Counted from the first letter of the stretch, positions 1 to 15,168 are shown. The stretch is 64,000 nucleotides of DNA from Nemertoderma westbladi (GCA_032718475.1 JAUCBJ010009100.1:62001-126000); one strand, 5' to 3'. Numbers and translations: made by a program. Notes: generated from the letters alone by a model not told the origin.

Positions 1-2
1 CT

Positions 3-104
3 CTTCGTGACATAACGCCTCAAAAACAGGTACAGTTCGCTGATGATCTTCCCAGGCGCAGTTCGAGAACTCACAAGCAACCAGCAAGATTCGGAGTTCA
101 ATGA
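3..104 (+). pseudogene. C-terminal tail of a Gypsy-type pol/integrase ORF, running in from the left edge
   Basis: Frame 3 reads LRDITPQKQVQFADDLPRRSSRTHKQPARFGVQ*. An RRS-R--K-P-RF tail is typical of LTR-retrotransposon integrase ends. It is followed by a polypurine tract GGGGGAGA (165-172) and TGT. Confidence 0.55.
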
Positions 105-172
105 ACTGACCTATTGGTGGTGGTTGGATTTTTTTTCAGTACAAATGTCTCCTACATTGTTCTTGGGGGAGA

Positions 173-473
173 TGTTAGATTATGTATTGTTAGGGCTCTA
201 GTAGACCCTGGCTTGGTGGTGGTTAGATCCAACCTACTGGTCTTTTACCTACCGGTCCTCTTCTGGTATTCCGGTATTCAGTCTTTCCTATCTTCTAGGT
301 CTGTAGGTACAGTAACCGTTACCGGTACCTACTGTACTGCTGTACTGATGTGCTGTAAGGTGGTGGGTGTGTTCGTTGGCCTGTTGGTTCATATTATTGT
401 TTGATATGCTGTTCTGTATGTCGACCATTAATAAACTGATGCAGCTGGTATTCATTTATTTCCGATCCCAATA
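173..473 (+). mobile_element. Probable 3' LTR of that Gypsy element; right end uncertain
   Basis: Begins TGTTAG directly after the PPT and has AATAAA near 430. No clean terminal ACA seen. Confidence 0.4.
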
Positions 474-2467
474 AGATATAAATTTTGTGCTTTGTAGTTA
501 TTTTTAGTTTTGAGTTATTTCGCTATACCACTGAAGTCCACTTACTCCACTGAAGTCCAGTGCGAGTCCATCTTCCCTGACTATGGGATGCTACCTCGCG
601 TCGTATCCCAGGGAGCGGTGTTAAACTGGGATGGTAATAATGGGCCTCGCCCTGATTACTTTGTTTATTATCTGATAATAATTGACTGCCAATCTCTGTA
701 GATAGTAGCTCCCACATTTCCTACTTTCTATTGGTACAGTACAAGGTGCTAATAGTTATGATCAGCTGTTCTGGCCCTACCATTGAATGCCTTGTAACGG
801 TAGTTAAGGAATTATTGCGGTCAGGTGGTACCTCAGCTTTCATGTAATAGTGTTGCTTTCATGTAGTCAGGTGGTACCTCTACATTGATAATACCGTACT
901 AAACATATTTGAACTTATTTATATTTAGATATATTTCATATTTATATTCAGTCAGTGGCTACCGAGAGAAAGCCGCCCCAATATTAGATTATTACAACAA
1001 CATATCCATTGGGTAAGAAAGTGGAGGAGAGCCAGCCCAGCCCGTCTCTTAATTTTTTACTTTATATTACGCGATCAATTTTCACTCATCTCGTCATGAA
1101 CCCAACATGTATGTAACCTTTTGTTAAATTTGTTGGCTATGCGTTTGCGGTTGTTTGGGCGGAGTGTGGTAGGCCTACACTTTTCACACTTAAATATTTT
1201 GGTTGTGAAATGTTACAGGGCATAGCTATCTGAGATATTTCATTTATATTTTATTATGAGAGGAAGAAGAACATACAACGTTATTTACTATATATGTAAC
1301 AAAATAATTGTTTTCGGGTTTAACTTGGAAGCCTCCCCAAATAGTTTATATACAATTATATTTAAAATTATTTCCATGGTCATGGTCATTCACCCGTCTT
1401 TAGTTAGAAATTTGTTTGAATGAAAGACAGTTTAGTTTAGTTTTTACTGATTTATTATCTCTTATCTGACTGGGGTAATAATAAAGGATAGGATAAATGG
1501 AAGCAAAGTGTGACAGTAACAATTATTTCCCTGACAACCTAGCATGTCTTAAGTATACGATATCTAAAAGGGGGAAGTTTGGATTCACTGCATAAATGCA
1601 GTTCACCAAACTTCCCCCGAATGCACACTGTAACTTCCCCCTTCCCCCAAATATCCACTGTTGAATTAATTTGAAGCGATATAATAAGTACAAAATTGTG
1701 CGAGTTTTTAATTGTGTAGTCCATTTGTTATTTGATCTCTATTTATTGTTTAAAGTGCATTTAATATCACACTGGTTTTTTAGAATATTACAATCTTATG
1801 TTTTATTTATTAACCCAATCGAAGCCTTAATAAGGGCCGCTTATTTGTACGCATATCCCTAATGCGCTCAGTATGAGCCAAACAACATATTAATATGAAA
1901 ATAAAGTATCTGCAAAGAAAATAACCCAATACTATATAATTTGACCTTATTAAAAAATTTGCACTTTTGCACACTTATTTGTACAAGTGCACTTCAGCAG
2001 ATCGTAATGGTGGTTCTTATTTAACAAACTTATGTTTATCCTCTACCGATCTACGATGGTGTATGATCAAGTGTCAGTCACTAAAAGTGTAAAAAATCTA
2101 ATTTAATAAATCGCGACATTTGCGATTTTGGACCATATTCATGGGCATTTGAAGTCACTTTATATACATAAAAAGTTAAACAAATGTTACGATTATAGTT
2201 AGAAATCACTCCAAACTACATTTTAATCCAAAAAATAACATTCTACGATGAATGGAACTGGAAATAATAGTGTTTGAAATATCGAAAAAATGTGTACTTT
2301 TTAAGTGCATTATGCACTAAGTGCACATGCGTTTTCCCAAGTTTTATCCTATTTCACACACTACAATCTATCCTCTATCCAATGAAAAACGTTTCAGATC
2401 AAACGGCCCAGTAGAACAGAAGTTATTGATGTTTAAAAATAATCACTCGAAAATTTCAAATTCTCTT

Positions 2468-2540
2468 GGTCACGTAGTCTAGTGGTAATCAATCACGTTA
2501 ACGATACTTAAGTTCGTGGGTTCGAAACCCAATATGACCA
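2468..2540 (+). pseudogene. tRNA-derived relic (tRNA pseudogene or SINE head)
   Basis: 73 nt long. A-box TAGTCTAGTGG, B-box GGTTCGAAACCC, acceptor-like ends GGTCA...TGACC-A. The anticodon arm does not pair. Confidence 0.55.
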
Positions 2541-5500
2541 TTCTTAATTTTTTGCAAAAAAAAATATTTTTAATTTTTGACTAAATTTCGGTTCTGGTGC
2601 TCCAAATTCAATAAAATTGGTATATTCTTTGCCGTAATTTTTTTTTCTATTTTTTGAGAGGGGGTATTTTGGGCCCAAAAAAAATGAAAAAAAAGGGCCA
2701 AAATTACGCGATATTTTTCGACCCTTAAAACTCGTTATTTTAATTATAAATGTTAAGAAAAAAGATAGTGGAGTTAATTTGCTACATTTTACAGAAACTT
2801 TTGGCGCAAAAAGTTAAATTATAATGTAATGGCGATTTATTAAAAAAAAAATTTTTCGTCCCTTTTTTATAAGTAGTATATTTCACACGATCGTCTGCCG
2901 CTTCAGTTATATAATAGCTATGGCGCTGTAACTACCGTTGAAAGATAGATAATTTGACGCTCTATAAGACTGTTTAAATAAGTCTCCCAGACCTTATGTA
3001 TTTTTCGAGCTAGACGAGTTCCCGCGAAGCGAGTTTGAAGCGTGAAATTATAATTTGGGCCCTAATTTTTTTAATATCGTTTGCGCGGCAAAACCAATCG
3101 AATATTTGGATTCCCCGTATCGATATTAACCGTATAAAATGTACTTTAACCTTCAAGAGTCAAAAATAAAAAAAGTTGTTAGTTATAAACTATTTATTAT
3201 TTTCTGGCCCTTTTTGGACCCCTTTGCCTACATATTTTTTGTACCCCCATTCGATAGGAATGTAGCCCCTGTGGTCTTCTACGCTTTCCGAAAAAGAATT
3301 GGCAGATTCCTACTAGCGTTGTCGAATTAAAAATTTTGGAAATAATAATTATGTAAAAAAGATGGAAAAAACGGACAGAGTTACGGCCCCTTTTTCCACC
3401 CGAAATATTAATAAATATCTTACCCCCATTCGATACGAAGGTAGTACCACTCTTCCCCTTTCCAACCGCGTTACTTTCGTCCCCGTACGATTAATATTAG
3501 CCGAGTTATAGCGGATCCCGCAAAGTCATTTTGTCCGTTTTTTCAACTTTGACGGACAATTTCGGGAAAAAGGCGTGGTAATCTTTTTTGAAAAAAAAAA
3601 CGAATTCACTAATTAATCCCTTCTATCCTATCCCGGCGTCGGTTAAGCAATAACCTAGGGTTTTTTCGAGCCACTGTAGAGCGCCTTTCAAAAAATTTTT
3701 TAAATTGTCAAAAAAATGACGGTTTTTTGTCCGCCGTGTCCGTCGAGGGGATAGATTTGCTAATGTTAGAGTGGCTAATATCTTAGAATTCCGAGTCGCT
3801 CCCCTGGTGCGAAAATAAAAAAAATTGGTCTGTTCCTTCATCGAAAAGTCCCCCAGAATCCCAAGTTAACCTATATAGTTAGCGATGGCCTGCGGCTTTA
3901 GGAGCGGCCGCGGTATTCACCTCCCTCATAGCGGCCGCGGCGGTGTTGCGTCAAATGGAGAAATATTTATCCCACCTAGTACTCGCTGTGCTGTACGAGG
4001 CGACCCAGTCTTGCCTGGTGCTTTTCCTCAACCGAGCAGTTTACCGTCCGCGTGAGTTATCCGGTCGCGGTCACGGTCGGTGCGTCTGGATGGTTGGTGG
4101 CCCCCCTTGGCCCCAACGGCAACCACCGATAGCTCAACAAACTCTATTTCATTCGGCCTTGCCTATTCGCCTGACATAACGGCATAGGGAGCCATACTTT
4201 CCTTTAACGTGTTATCTTTCACGATACAGATAACCCACCTATTGGGTTTCTGGGATCATTATATTATGATATAAAGTACACCCTCAATCGTACTGATTGT
4301 CGGGCCTGTTTGTGTTGGTTATTATTGTGAACGGTGCTACACAGCGGAGGCCAGTTAAACAAACAAAGTGAGTTTCAAACCACATTAATAGGTTTACCCT
4401 GCTTGGTGTCTTGTAGCTCTACCGTAAAGCCATAAGCTGCCCCCTTATGACCCTTTTGTGTAAGATAGTTTAAAATAAGTGTGCGAATGTCCCCTATCCA
4501 CCCCGGAATTCGACCTGTCAGTCACGTCGTACCGAGAAAGTCGGGTGTCAGGTTCTTTATTAACTGTCTAACAGTCACCGACTTTGACAATATGGTAAAT
4601 CTATGAGTTAGATATAGTAAATCTAAGAGTTAGATATAGTAAATCTATGAGTTAGATATAGTAAATCTATGAGTTAGATATAGTAAATCTATTAGTTACA
4701 TATAGTAAATCTATGAGTTAGATATAGCAAATCTATGAGTTAGATATAGTAAATCTATTAGTTAGATATAGTAAATCTATGAGTTAGATATAGTAAATCT
4801 ATGAGTTAGATATAGTAAATCTATGAGTTAGATATAGTAAATCTATGAGTTAGATATAGTAAATCTATGAGTTAGATATAGTAAATCTATTAGTTAGATA
4901 TAGTAAATCTATGAGTTAGATATAGTAAATCTATGAGTTAGATATAGTAAATCTATTAGTTAGATATAGTAAATCTATTAGTTAGATATGGTAAATCTAT
5001 GAGTTAGATATAGTAAATCTAAGAGTTAGATATAGTAAATCTATGAGTTAGATATAGTAAATCTATGAGTTAGATATAGTAAATCTATGAGTTAGATATA
5101 GTAAATCTATGAGTTAGATATAGTAAATCTATGAGTTAGATATAGTAAATCTATTAGTTAGATATAGTAAATCTATGAGTTAGATATAGTAAATCTATTA
5201 GTTAGATATAGTAAATCTATGAGTTAGATATAGTAAATCTATGAGTTAGATATAGTAAATCTATTAGTTAGATATAGTAAATCTATTAGTTAGATATGGT
5301 AAATCTATGAGTTAGATATAGTAAATCTAAGAGTTAGATATAGTAAATCTATGAGTTAGATATAGTAAATCTAAGAGTTAGATATAGTAAATCTATGAGT
5401 TAGATATAGTAAATCTATGAGTTAGATATAGTAAATCTATGAGTTAGATATAGTAAATCTCTTAGTTAGATATAGTAAATCTATGAGTTAGATATAGTAA

Positions 5501-8500
5501 ATCTAAGAGTTAGATATAGTAAATATATTAGTTAGATATAGTAAATCTATTAGTTAGATATGGTAAATCTATGAGTTAGATATAGTAAATCTATTAGTTA
5601 GATATAGTAAATCTAAGAGTTAGATATAGCAAATCTATGAGTTAGATATAGTAAATCTATTAGTTAGATATAGTAAATGTATGAGTTAGATATAGTAAAT
5701 CTATGAGTTAGATATAGTAAATCTATGAGTTAGATATAGTAAATCTATGAGTTAGATATAGTAAATCTATGAGTTAGATATAGTAAATCTATGAGTTAGA
5801 TATAGTAAATCTATTAGTTAGATATAGTAAATCTATGAGTTAGATATAGTAAATCTAAGAGTTAGATATAGTAAATCTATGAGTTAGATATAGTAAATCT
5901 ATGAGTTAGATATAGTAAATCTATTAGTTAGATATAGTAAATCTATGAGTTAGATATAGTAAATCTATGAGTTAGATATAGTAAATCTATGAGTTAGATA
6001 TAGTAAATCTATGAGTTAGATATAGTAAATCTATGAGTTAGATATAGTAAATCTATGAGTTAGATATAGTAAATCTAAGAGTTAGATATAGTAAATCTAT
6101 GAGTTAGATATAGTAAATCGATGAGTTAGATATAGTAAATCTATGAGTTAGATATAGTAAATCTATTAGTTAGATATAGTAAATCTATGAGGTAGATATA
6201 GTAAATCTATTAGTTAGATATAGTAAATCTATGAGTTAGATATAGTAAATCTATGAGTTAGATATAGTAAATCTATTAGTTAGATATAGTAAATCTATTA
6301 GTTAGATATGGTAAATCTATGAGTTAGATATAGTAAATCTAAGAGTTAGATATAGTAAATCTATGAGTTAGATATAGTAAATCTAAGAGTTAGATATAGT
6401 AAATCTATGAGTTAGATATAGTAAATCTATGAGTTAGATATAGTAAATCTATGAGTTAGATATAGTAAATCTATTAGTTAGATATAGTAAATCTATGAGT
6501 TAGATATAGTAAATCTATTAGTTAGATATAGTAAATATATTAGTTAGATATAGTAAATCTATTAGTTAGATATGGTAAATCTATGAGTTAGATATAGTAA
6601 ATCTATTAGTTAGATATAGTAAATCTAAGAGTTAGATATAGCAAATCTATGAGTTAGATATAGTAAATCTATTAGTTAGATATAGTAAATCTATGAGTTA
6701 GATATAGTAAATCTATGAGTTAGATATAGTAAATCTATGAGTTAGATATAGTAAATCTATGAGTTAGATATAGTAAATCTATTAGTTAGATATAGTAAAT
6801 CTATGAGTTAGATATAGTAAATCTATGAGTTAGATATAGTAAATCTATGAGTTAGATATAGTAAATCTATGAGTTAGATATAGTAAATCTATTAGTTAGA
6901 TATAGTAAATCTATGAGTTAGATATAGTAAATCTATGAGTTAGATATAGTAAATCTATGAGTTAGATATAGTAAATCTATGAGTTAGATATAGTAAATCT
7001 ATGAGTTAGATATAGTAAATCTATGAGTTAGATATAGTAAATCTATGAGTTAGATATAGTAAATCTATGAGTTAGATATAGTAAATCTATTAGTTAGATA
7101 TAGTAAATCTATTAGTTAGATATGGTAAATCTATGAGTTAGATATAGTAAATCTAAGAGTTAGATATAGTAAATATATGAGTTAGATATAGTAAATCTAT
7201 GAGTTAGATATAGTAAATCTATTAGTTAGATATAGTAAATCTAAGAGTTAGATATAGCAAATCTATGAGTTAGATATAGTAAATCTATTAGTTAGATATA
7301 GTAAATATATTAGTTAGATATGGTAAATCTATGAGTTAGATATAGTAAATCTAAGAGTTAGATATAGTAAATCTATGAGTTAGATATAGTAAATCTAAGA
7401 GTTAGATATAGTTAATCTATGAGTTAGATATAGTAAATCTATGAGTTAGATATAGTAAATCTATGAGTTAGATATAGTAAATCTATGAGTTAGATATAGT
7501 AAATCTATTAGTTAGATATAGTAAATCTATGAGTTAGATATAGTAAATCTAAGAGTTAGATATAGTAAATATATTAGTTAGATATAGTAAATCTATTAGT
7601 TAGATATGGTAAATCTATGAGTTAGATATAGTAAATCTAAGAGTTAGATATAGTAAATATATGAGTTAGATATAGTAAATCTATGAGTTAGATATAGTAA
7701 ATCTATTAGTTAGATATAGTAAATCTAAGAGTTAGATATAGCAAATCTATGAGTTAGATATAGTAAATCTATTAGTTAGATATAGTAAATCTATTAGTTA
7801 GATATGGTAAATCTATGAGTTAGATATAGTAAATCTAAGAGTTAGATATAGTAAATCTATGAGTTAGATATAGTAAATCTAAGAGTTAGATATAGTTAAT
7901 CTATGAGTTAGATATAGTAAATCTATGAGTTAGATATAGTAAATCTATGAGTTAGATATAGTAAATCTATTAGTTAGATATAGTAAATCTATGAGTTAGA
8001 TATAGTAAATCTAAGAGTTAGATATAGTAAATATATTAGTTAGATATAGTAAATCTATTAGTTAGATATGGTAAATCTATGAGTTAGATATAGTAAATCT
8101 AAGAGTTAGATATAGTAAATCTATGAGTTAGATATAGTAAATCTATGAGTTAGATATAGTAAATCTATTAGTTAGATAGAGTAAATCTATTAGTTACATA
8201 TAGTAAATCTAAGAGTTAGATATAGTAAATCTATTAGTTAGATATAGTAAATCTATTAGTTAGATATGGTAAATCTATGAGTTAGATATAGTAAATCTAA
8301 GAGTTAGATATAGTAAATCTATGAGTTAGATATAGTAAATCTATGAGTTAGATATAGTAAATCTATTAGTTACATATAGTAAATCGAAGAGTTAGATATA
8401 GTAAATCTATTAGTTAGATATAGTAAATCTATTAGTTAGATATGGTAAATCTATGAGTTAGATATAGTAAATCTAAGAGTTAGATATAGTAAATCTATGA

Positions 8501-8646
8501 GTTAGATATAGTAAATCTATGAGTTAGATATAGTAAATCTATTAGTTAGATATAGTAAATCTATTAGTTAGATATAGTAAATCTATGAGTTAGATATAGT
8601 AAATCTATTAGTTAGATATAGTAAATCTATTAGTTAGATATGGTAA

Positions 8647-10348
8647 CCCAGTTAAACATGAGTATGTGTTTCATATATGGTTGCCATAAATAATTCGACA
8701 TGTGATACATATATGTAAATGTTACAGTGTTGTCAAATGTGATCCATATGTGGAATGTTCACATGTGATACACATATGTTTTTTATGTGACAAGTGCGAC
8801 AAAAAGAGTAAAAATTTAAACTGAGACCGACCAATCACTGGTGTGGGTCTGCATTTCCTATAGAGAGGTGGGGCGGGGGGGGGGGGGGGGTAGCCTACCT
8901 CAGTACCTTATCCTATCCAATCCCTACACCCTATCCTACGGCCCTACACCTACCCTATACATTTAGAGAAGGAAGCATCGGAGTATATATGAAAATATTT
9001 AATCCATAGTGATATGAGAGTATCCTTAATAGATTTTGGTGATGATCCGTAAATTCGTATTCTATTAGTTAGATTTAATTAAGTTATCTAATTTCCAGCT
9101 ATAATAGATTATTCATTTTGATAAATCTTCGAAAATTAATTAATTCTAAGATCATATAATTGCTTATATGATATTTTATATCTAATTTTAAGACATCTTT
9201 TCCATACAACATATATATACCACATATGAAACATATGTTCAATTTTTTAACGGGATAAGAACTGCAATAGGCCTGCTTACCTTACGGATGGTATAGTGCA
9301 TGTATGTTATCTGTCTGTCTGTCCCTGACTGATACCTAGCAGCGCAGATGACAATGCACAACCACGCAACCTGACAAGTGAAAACCACCATACAGCCATA
9401 CATATGTTTGTCTAATTCTGATTAATACAGCACTGTACAAGTGTACAATGCACATGCACAGCACAATGTGCATAGTGCAAGGCAGAAAGCAGGCAAGTCA
9501 CACACTGCATCACTGAACAATTGAGTGGACTATGATAAGCGGTAGGCTTATGCAACGCATTATGCTGTTATGGGTAAAATATAAAATAATTTGCGATTCA
9601 CTAGCTAAACTGCAAGCGACACGACGTGGTTAAGAAGAAAGATTGCAGGATCAGACTATGAAATGCCTATCATTTTAAGAATGTGTCCCACCACCAGCCC
9701 TCAAATGCAATAAACAAAACAATTGGACGATCGACTATGGTTACTTCAATTTAGTGTCCATACAGCCTTCACAGATCATTTAAACCTATAGCAGGCCTAT
9801 GTATTGATTATACATTATATGGTAAATAGCCGGTACTTTGAAAATACAGTATAACAAAAAATATAGATTCAACGTATTATACTGCTGATTAAAACGATAT
9901 TTGTTCTTAATGCAAAAAGCTGGAGTAGTGACATCAACAAATTCCGCATCCCCCCTCGCTATTCTTTTCTGTACATGTATTACTGTAAGGCCTGTATTAC
10001 CATAAGGCAAACATGTGTGCAACATATAAAATCCATGAACTGGATTACACAATTACGAATTGAATAGTTTATGGATTTAAATTTAACTCGGAGTCTTGGC
10101 TATGGCTATTTCACATATGCTCGACATATATTATTCACATGCGCATTCTCACACATTTATTTATGATAAATTCATATGTGCAACATATAAATACCATAAA
10201 TGGCGATACACACATTCTAAGTGTATGTATCACCGAATGCGTGACATGTATTATTCATACATGAGCATAAAAACCCAATTTCCTGACACACCTATTCCAT
10301 ACAACATATATATACCACATATGAAACATAAGTTCATGTTTAACTGGG
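8647..10348. mobile_element. Non-autonomous TIR DNA transposon, CMC/CACTA-like (CCC...GGG ends)
   Basis: TIRs CCCAGTTAAACATGA / TCATGTTTAACTGGG extend imperfectly to ~35 bp. A 2-bp AA target duplication is seen in the satellite (GGTAA|...|AAATCT). No transposase ORF. Confidence 0.85.
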
Positions 10349-13300
10349 AAATCTATTAGTTAGATATGGTAAATCTATGAGTTAGATATAGTAAATCTAT
10401 GAGTTAGATATAGTAAATCTAAGAGTTAGATATAGTAAATCTATGAGTTAGATATAGTAAATCTATGAGTTAGATATAGTAAATCTATGAGTTAGATATA
10501 GTAAATCTATGAGTTAGATATAGTAAATCTATTAGTTAGATATAGTAAATCTATGAGTTAGATATAGTAAATCTATGAGTTAGATATAGTAAATCTATGA
10601 GTTAGATATAGTAAATCTATTAGTTAGATATAGTAAATCTATTAGTTAGATATGGTAAATCTATGAGTTAGATATAGTAAATCTAAGAGTTAGATATAGT
10701 AAATCTATGAGTTAGATATAGTAAATCTAAGAGTTAGATATAGTAAATCTATGAGTTAGATATAGTAAATCTATGAGTTAGATATAGTAAATCTATGAGT
10801 TAGATATAGTAAATCTATTAGTTAGATATAGTAAATCTATGAGTTAGATATAGTAAATCTATTAGTTAGATATAGTAAATATATTAGTTAGATATAGTAA
10901 ATCTATTAGTTAGATATGGTAAATCTATGAGTTAGATATAGTGAATCTATTAGTTAGATATAGTAAATCTAAGAGTTAGATATAGCAAATCTATGAGTTA
11001 GATATAGTAAATCTATTAGTTAGATATAGTAAATCTATGAGTTAGATATAGTAAATCTATGAGTTAGATATAGTAAATCTATGAGTTAGATATAGTAAAT
11101 CTATGAGTTAGATATAGTAAATCTATGAGTTAGATATAGTAAATCTATTAGTTAGATATAGTAAATCTATGAGTTAGATATAGTAAATCTATGAGTTAGA
11201 TATAGTAAATCTATGAGTTAGATAGAGTAAATCTATGAGTTAGATATAGTAAATCTATTAGTTAGATATAGTAAATCTATGAGTTAGATATAGTAAATCT
11301 ATGAGTTAGATATAGTAAATCTATGAGTTAGATATAGTAAATCTATGAGTTAGATATAGTAAATCTATGAGTTAGATATAGTAAATCTATGAGTTAGATA
11401 TAGTAAATCTATGAGTTAGATATAGTAAATCTATGAGTTAGATATAGTAAATCTATTAGTTAGATATAGTAAATCTATTAGTTAGATATGGTAAATCTAT
11501 GAGTTAGATATAGTAAATCTAAGAGTTAGATATAGTAAATATATGAGTTAGATATAGTAAATCTATGAGTTAGATATAGTAAATCTATTAGTTAGATATA
11601 GTAAATCTAAGAGTTAGATATAGCAAATCTATGAGTTAGATATAGTAAATCTATTAGTTAGATATAGTAAATATATTAGTTAGATATGGTAAATCTATGA
11701 GTTAGATATAGTAAATCTAAGAGTTAGATATAGTAAATCTATGAGTTAGATATAGTAAATCTAAGAGTTAGATATAGTTAATCTATGAGTTAGATATAGT
11801 AAATCTATGAGTTAGATATAGTAAATCTAAGAGTTAGATATAGTAAATCTATGAGTTAGATATAGTAAATCTAAGAGTTAGATATAGTTAATCTATGAGT
11901 TAGATATAGTAAATCTATGAGTTAGATATAGTAAATCTATGAGTTAGATATAGTAAATCTATGAGTTAGATATAGTAAATCTATTAGTTAGATATAGTAA
12001 ATCTATGAGTTAGATATAGTAAATCTAAGAGTTAGATATAGTAAATATATTAGTTAGATATAGTAAATCTATTAGTTAGATATGGTAAATCTATGAGTTA
12101 GATATAGTAAATCTATGAGTTAGATATAGTAAATCTATGAGTTAGATATAGTAAATCTATTAGTTAGATATAGTAAATCTATGAGTTAGATATAGTAAAT
12201 CTATGAGTTAGATATAGTAAATCTATGAGTTAGATATAGTAAATCTATGAGTTAGATATAGTAAATCTATTAGTTAGATATAGTAAATCTATGAGTTAGA
12301 TATAGTAAATCTATGAGTTAGATATAGTAAATCTATGAGTTAGATATAGTAAATCTATGAGTTAGATATAGTAAATCTATGAGTTAGATATAGTAAATCT
12401 ATGAGTTAGATATAGTAAATCTATGAGTTAGATATAGTAAATCTATGAGTTAGATATAGTAAATCTATTAGTTAGATATAGTAAATCTATTAGTTAGATA
12501 TGGTAAATCTATGAGTTAGATATAGTAAATCTAAGAGTTAGATATAGTAAATATATGAGTTAGATATAGTAAATCTATGAGTTAGATATAGTAAATCTAT
12601 TAGTTAGATATAGTAAATCTAAGAGTTAGATATAGCAAATCTATGAGTTAGATATAGTAAATCTATTAGTTAGATATAGTAAATATATTAGTTAGATATG
12701 GTAAATCTATGAGTTAGATATAGTAAATCTAAGAGTTAGATATAGTTAATCTATGAGTTAGATATAGTAAATCTATGAGTTAGATATAGTAAATCTATGA
12801 GTTAGATATAGTAAATCTATGAGTTAGATATAGTAAATCTATTAGTTAGATATAGTAAATCTATGAGTTAGATATAGTAAATCTAAGAGTTAGATATAGT
12901 AAATATATTAGTTAGATATAGTAAATCTATTAGTTAGATATGGTAAATCTATGAGTTAGATATAGTAAATCTAAGAGTTAGATATAGTAAATCTATGAGT
13001 TAGATATAGTAAATCTATGAGTTAGATATAGTAAATCTATTAGTTAGATATAGTAAATCTAAGAGTTAGATATAGCAAATCTATGAGTTAGATATAGTAA
13101 ATCTATTAGTTAGATATAGTAAATCTATTAGTTAGATATGGTAAATCTATGAGTTAGATATAGTAAATCTAAGAGTTAGATATAGTAAATCTATGAGTTA
13201 GATATAGTAAATCTAAGAGTTAGATATAGTTAATCTATGAGTTAGATATAGTAAATCTATGAGTTAGATATAGTAAATCTATGAGTTAGATATAGTAAAC

Positions 13301-14211
13301 CTATTAGTTAGATATAGTAAATCTATGAGTTAGATATAGTAAATCTAAGAGTTAGATATAGTAAATATATTAGTTAGATATAGTAAATCTATTAGTTAGA
13401 TATGGTAAATCTATGAGTTAGATATAGTAAATCTAAGAGTTAGATATAGTAAATCTATGAGTTAGATATAGTAAATCTATGAGTTAGATATAGTAAATCT
13501 ATTAGTTAGATAGAGTAAATCTATTAGTTACATATAGTAAATCTAAGAGTTAGATATAGTAAATCTATTAGTTAGATATAGTAAATCTATTAGTTAGATA
13601 TGGTAAATCTATGAGTTAGATATAGTAAATCTAAGAGTTAGATATAGTAAATCTATGAGTTAGATATAGTAAATCTATGAGTTAGATATAGTAAATCTAT
13701 TAGTTACATATAGTAAATCGAAGAGTTAGATATAGTAAATCTATTAGTTAGATATAGTAAATCTATTAGTTAGATATGGTAAATCTATGAGTTAGATATA
13801 GTAAATCTAAGAGTTAGATATAGTAAATCTATGAGTTAGATATAGTAAATCTATGAGTTAGATATAGTAAATCTATGAGTTAGATATAGTAAATCTATTA
13901 GTTAGATATAGTAAATCTATTAGTTAGATATAGTAAATCTATGAGTTAGATATAGTAAATCTATTAGTTAGATATAGTAAATCTATTAGTTAGATATGGT
14001 AAATCTATTAGTTAGATATGGTAAATCTATGAGTTAGATATAGTAAATCTATGAGTTAGATATAGTAAATCTAAGAGTTAGATATAGTAAATCTATGAGT
14101 TAGATATAGTAAATCTATGAGTTAGATATAGTAAATCTATGAGTTAGATATAGTAAATCTATGAGTTAGATATAGTAAATCTATTAGTTAGATATAGTAA
14201 ATCTATGAGTT

Positions 14212-14430
14212 CAGTACATGATGATCAGTACATACTGTTTAAATAGCAATCTGGTTGCTAGGCAGCCGTCAAATACAGCTGGTGGTGGTTGTACAATTGT
14301 TTTTTAAATTTCCCGCGTTTCTGTAATTACTGTTTTTAATTGTTTGTTATAGTGCCTATAATTGTGTTTGTATTTCTGAAGGTTTTTATTATTTTGTGAA
14401 TAAATGAGGCTTGTAAAGTTAAAAAAAAAA
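14212..14430 (+). mobile_element. Short 5'-truncated poly(A) retroposon insertion
   Basis: AATAAA followed by an A tail. Flanked by a duplication of (AA)ATCTATGAGTT satellite sequence, consistent with target-primed insertion. Confidence 0.75.
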
Positions 14431-15168
14431 ATCTATGAGTTAGATATAGTAAATCTATGAGTTAGATATAGTAAATCTATGAGTTAGATATAGTAAATCT
14501 ATTAGTTAGATATAGTAAATCTATTAGTTAGATATGGTAAATCTATGAGTTAGATATAGTAAATCTAAGAGTTAGATATAGTAAATCTATGAGTTAGATA
14601 TAGTAAATCTAAGAGTTAGATATAGTAAATCTATGAGTTTGATATAGTAAATCTATGAGTTAGATATAGTAAATCTATGAGTTAGATATAGTAAATCTCT
14701 TAGTTAGATATAGTAAATCTATGAGTTAGATATAGTAAATCTAAGAGTTAGATATAGTAAATATATTAGTTAGATATAGTAAATCTATTAGTTAGATATG
14801 GTAAATCTATTAGTTAGATATGGTAAATCTATGAGTTAGATATAGTAAATCTATTAGTTAGATATAGCAAATCTATGAGTTAGATATAGTAAATCTATTA
14901 GTTAGATATGGTAAATCTATGAGTTAGATATAGTAAATCTACGAGTTAGATATAGTAAATCTATGAGTTAGATATAGTAAATCTATTAGTTAGATAGAGT
15001 AAATCTATTAGTTACATATAGTAAATCTAAGAGTTAGATATAGTAAATCTATTAGTTAGATATAGTAAATCTATTAGTTAGATATGGTAAATCTATGAGT
15101 TAGATATAGTAAATCTAAGAGTTAGATATAGTAAATCTATGAGTTAGATATAGTAAATCTATGAGTTA

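Larger units (their letters stand above)
4590..15168 (+). repeat. 22-bp AT-rich satellite (GAGTTAGATATAGTAAATCTAT)n, block 1, interrupted by two insertions
   Basis: Hundreds of tandem units with recurring variants (ATGAG/ATTAG/AAGAG, ATGGTA, AGCAAA). Confidence 0.99.

Noticed and set aside
1324-3865. piggyBac-like element with TTAA TSD
   Set aside because: The inverted match extends only 5 bp beyond TTAA, too little to call.
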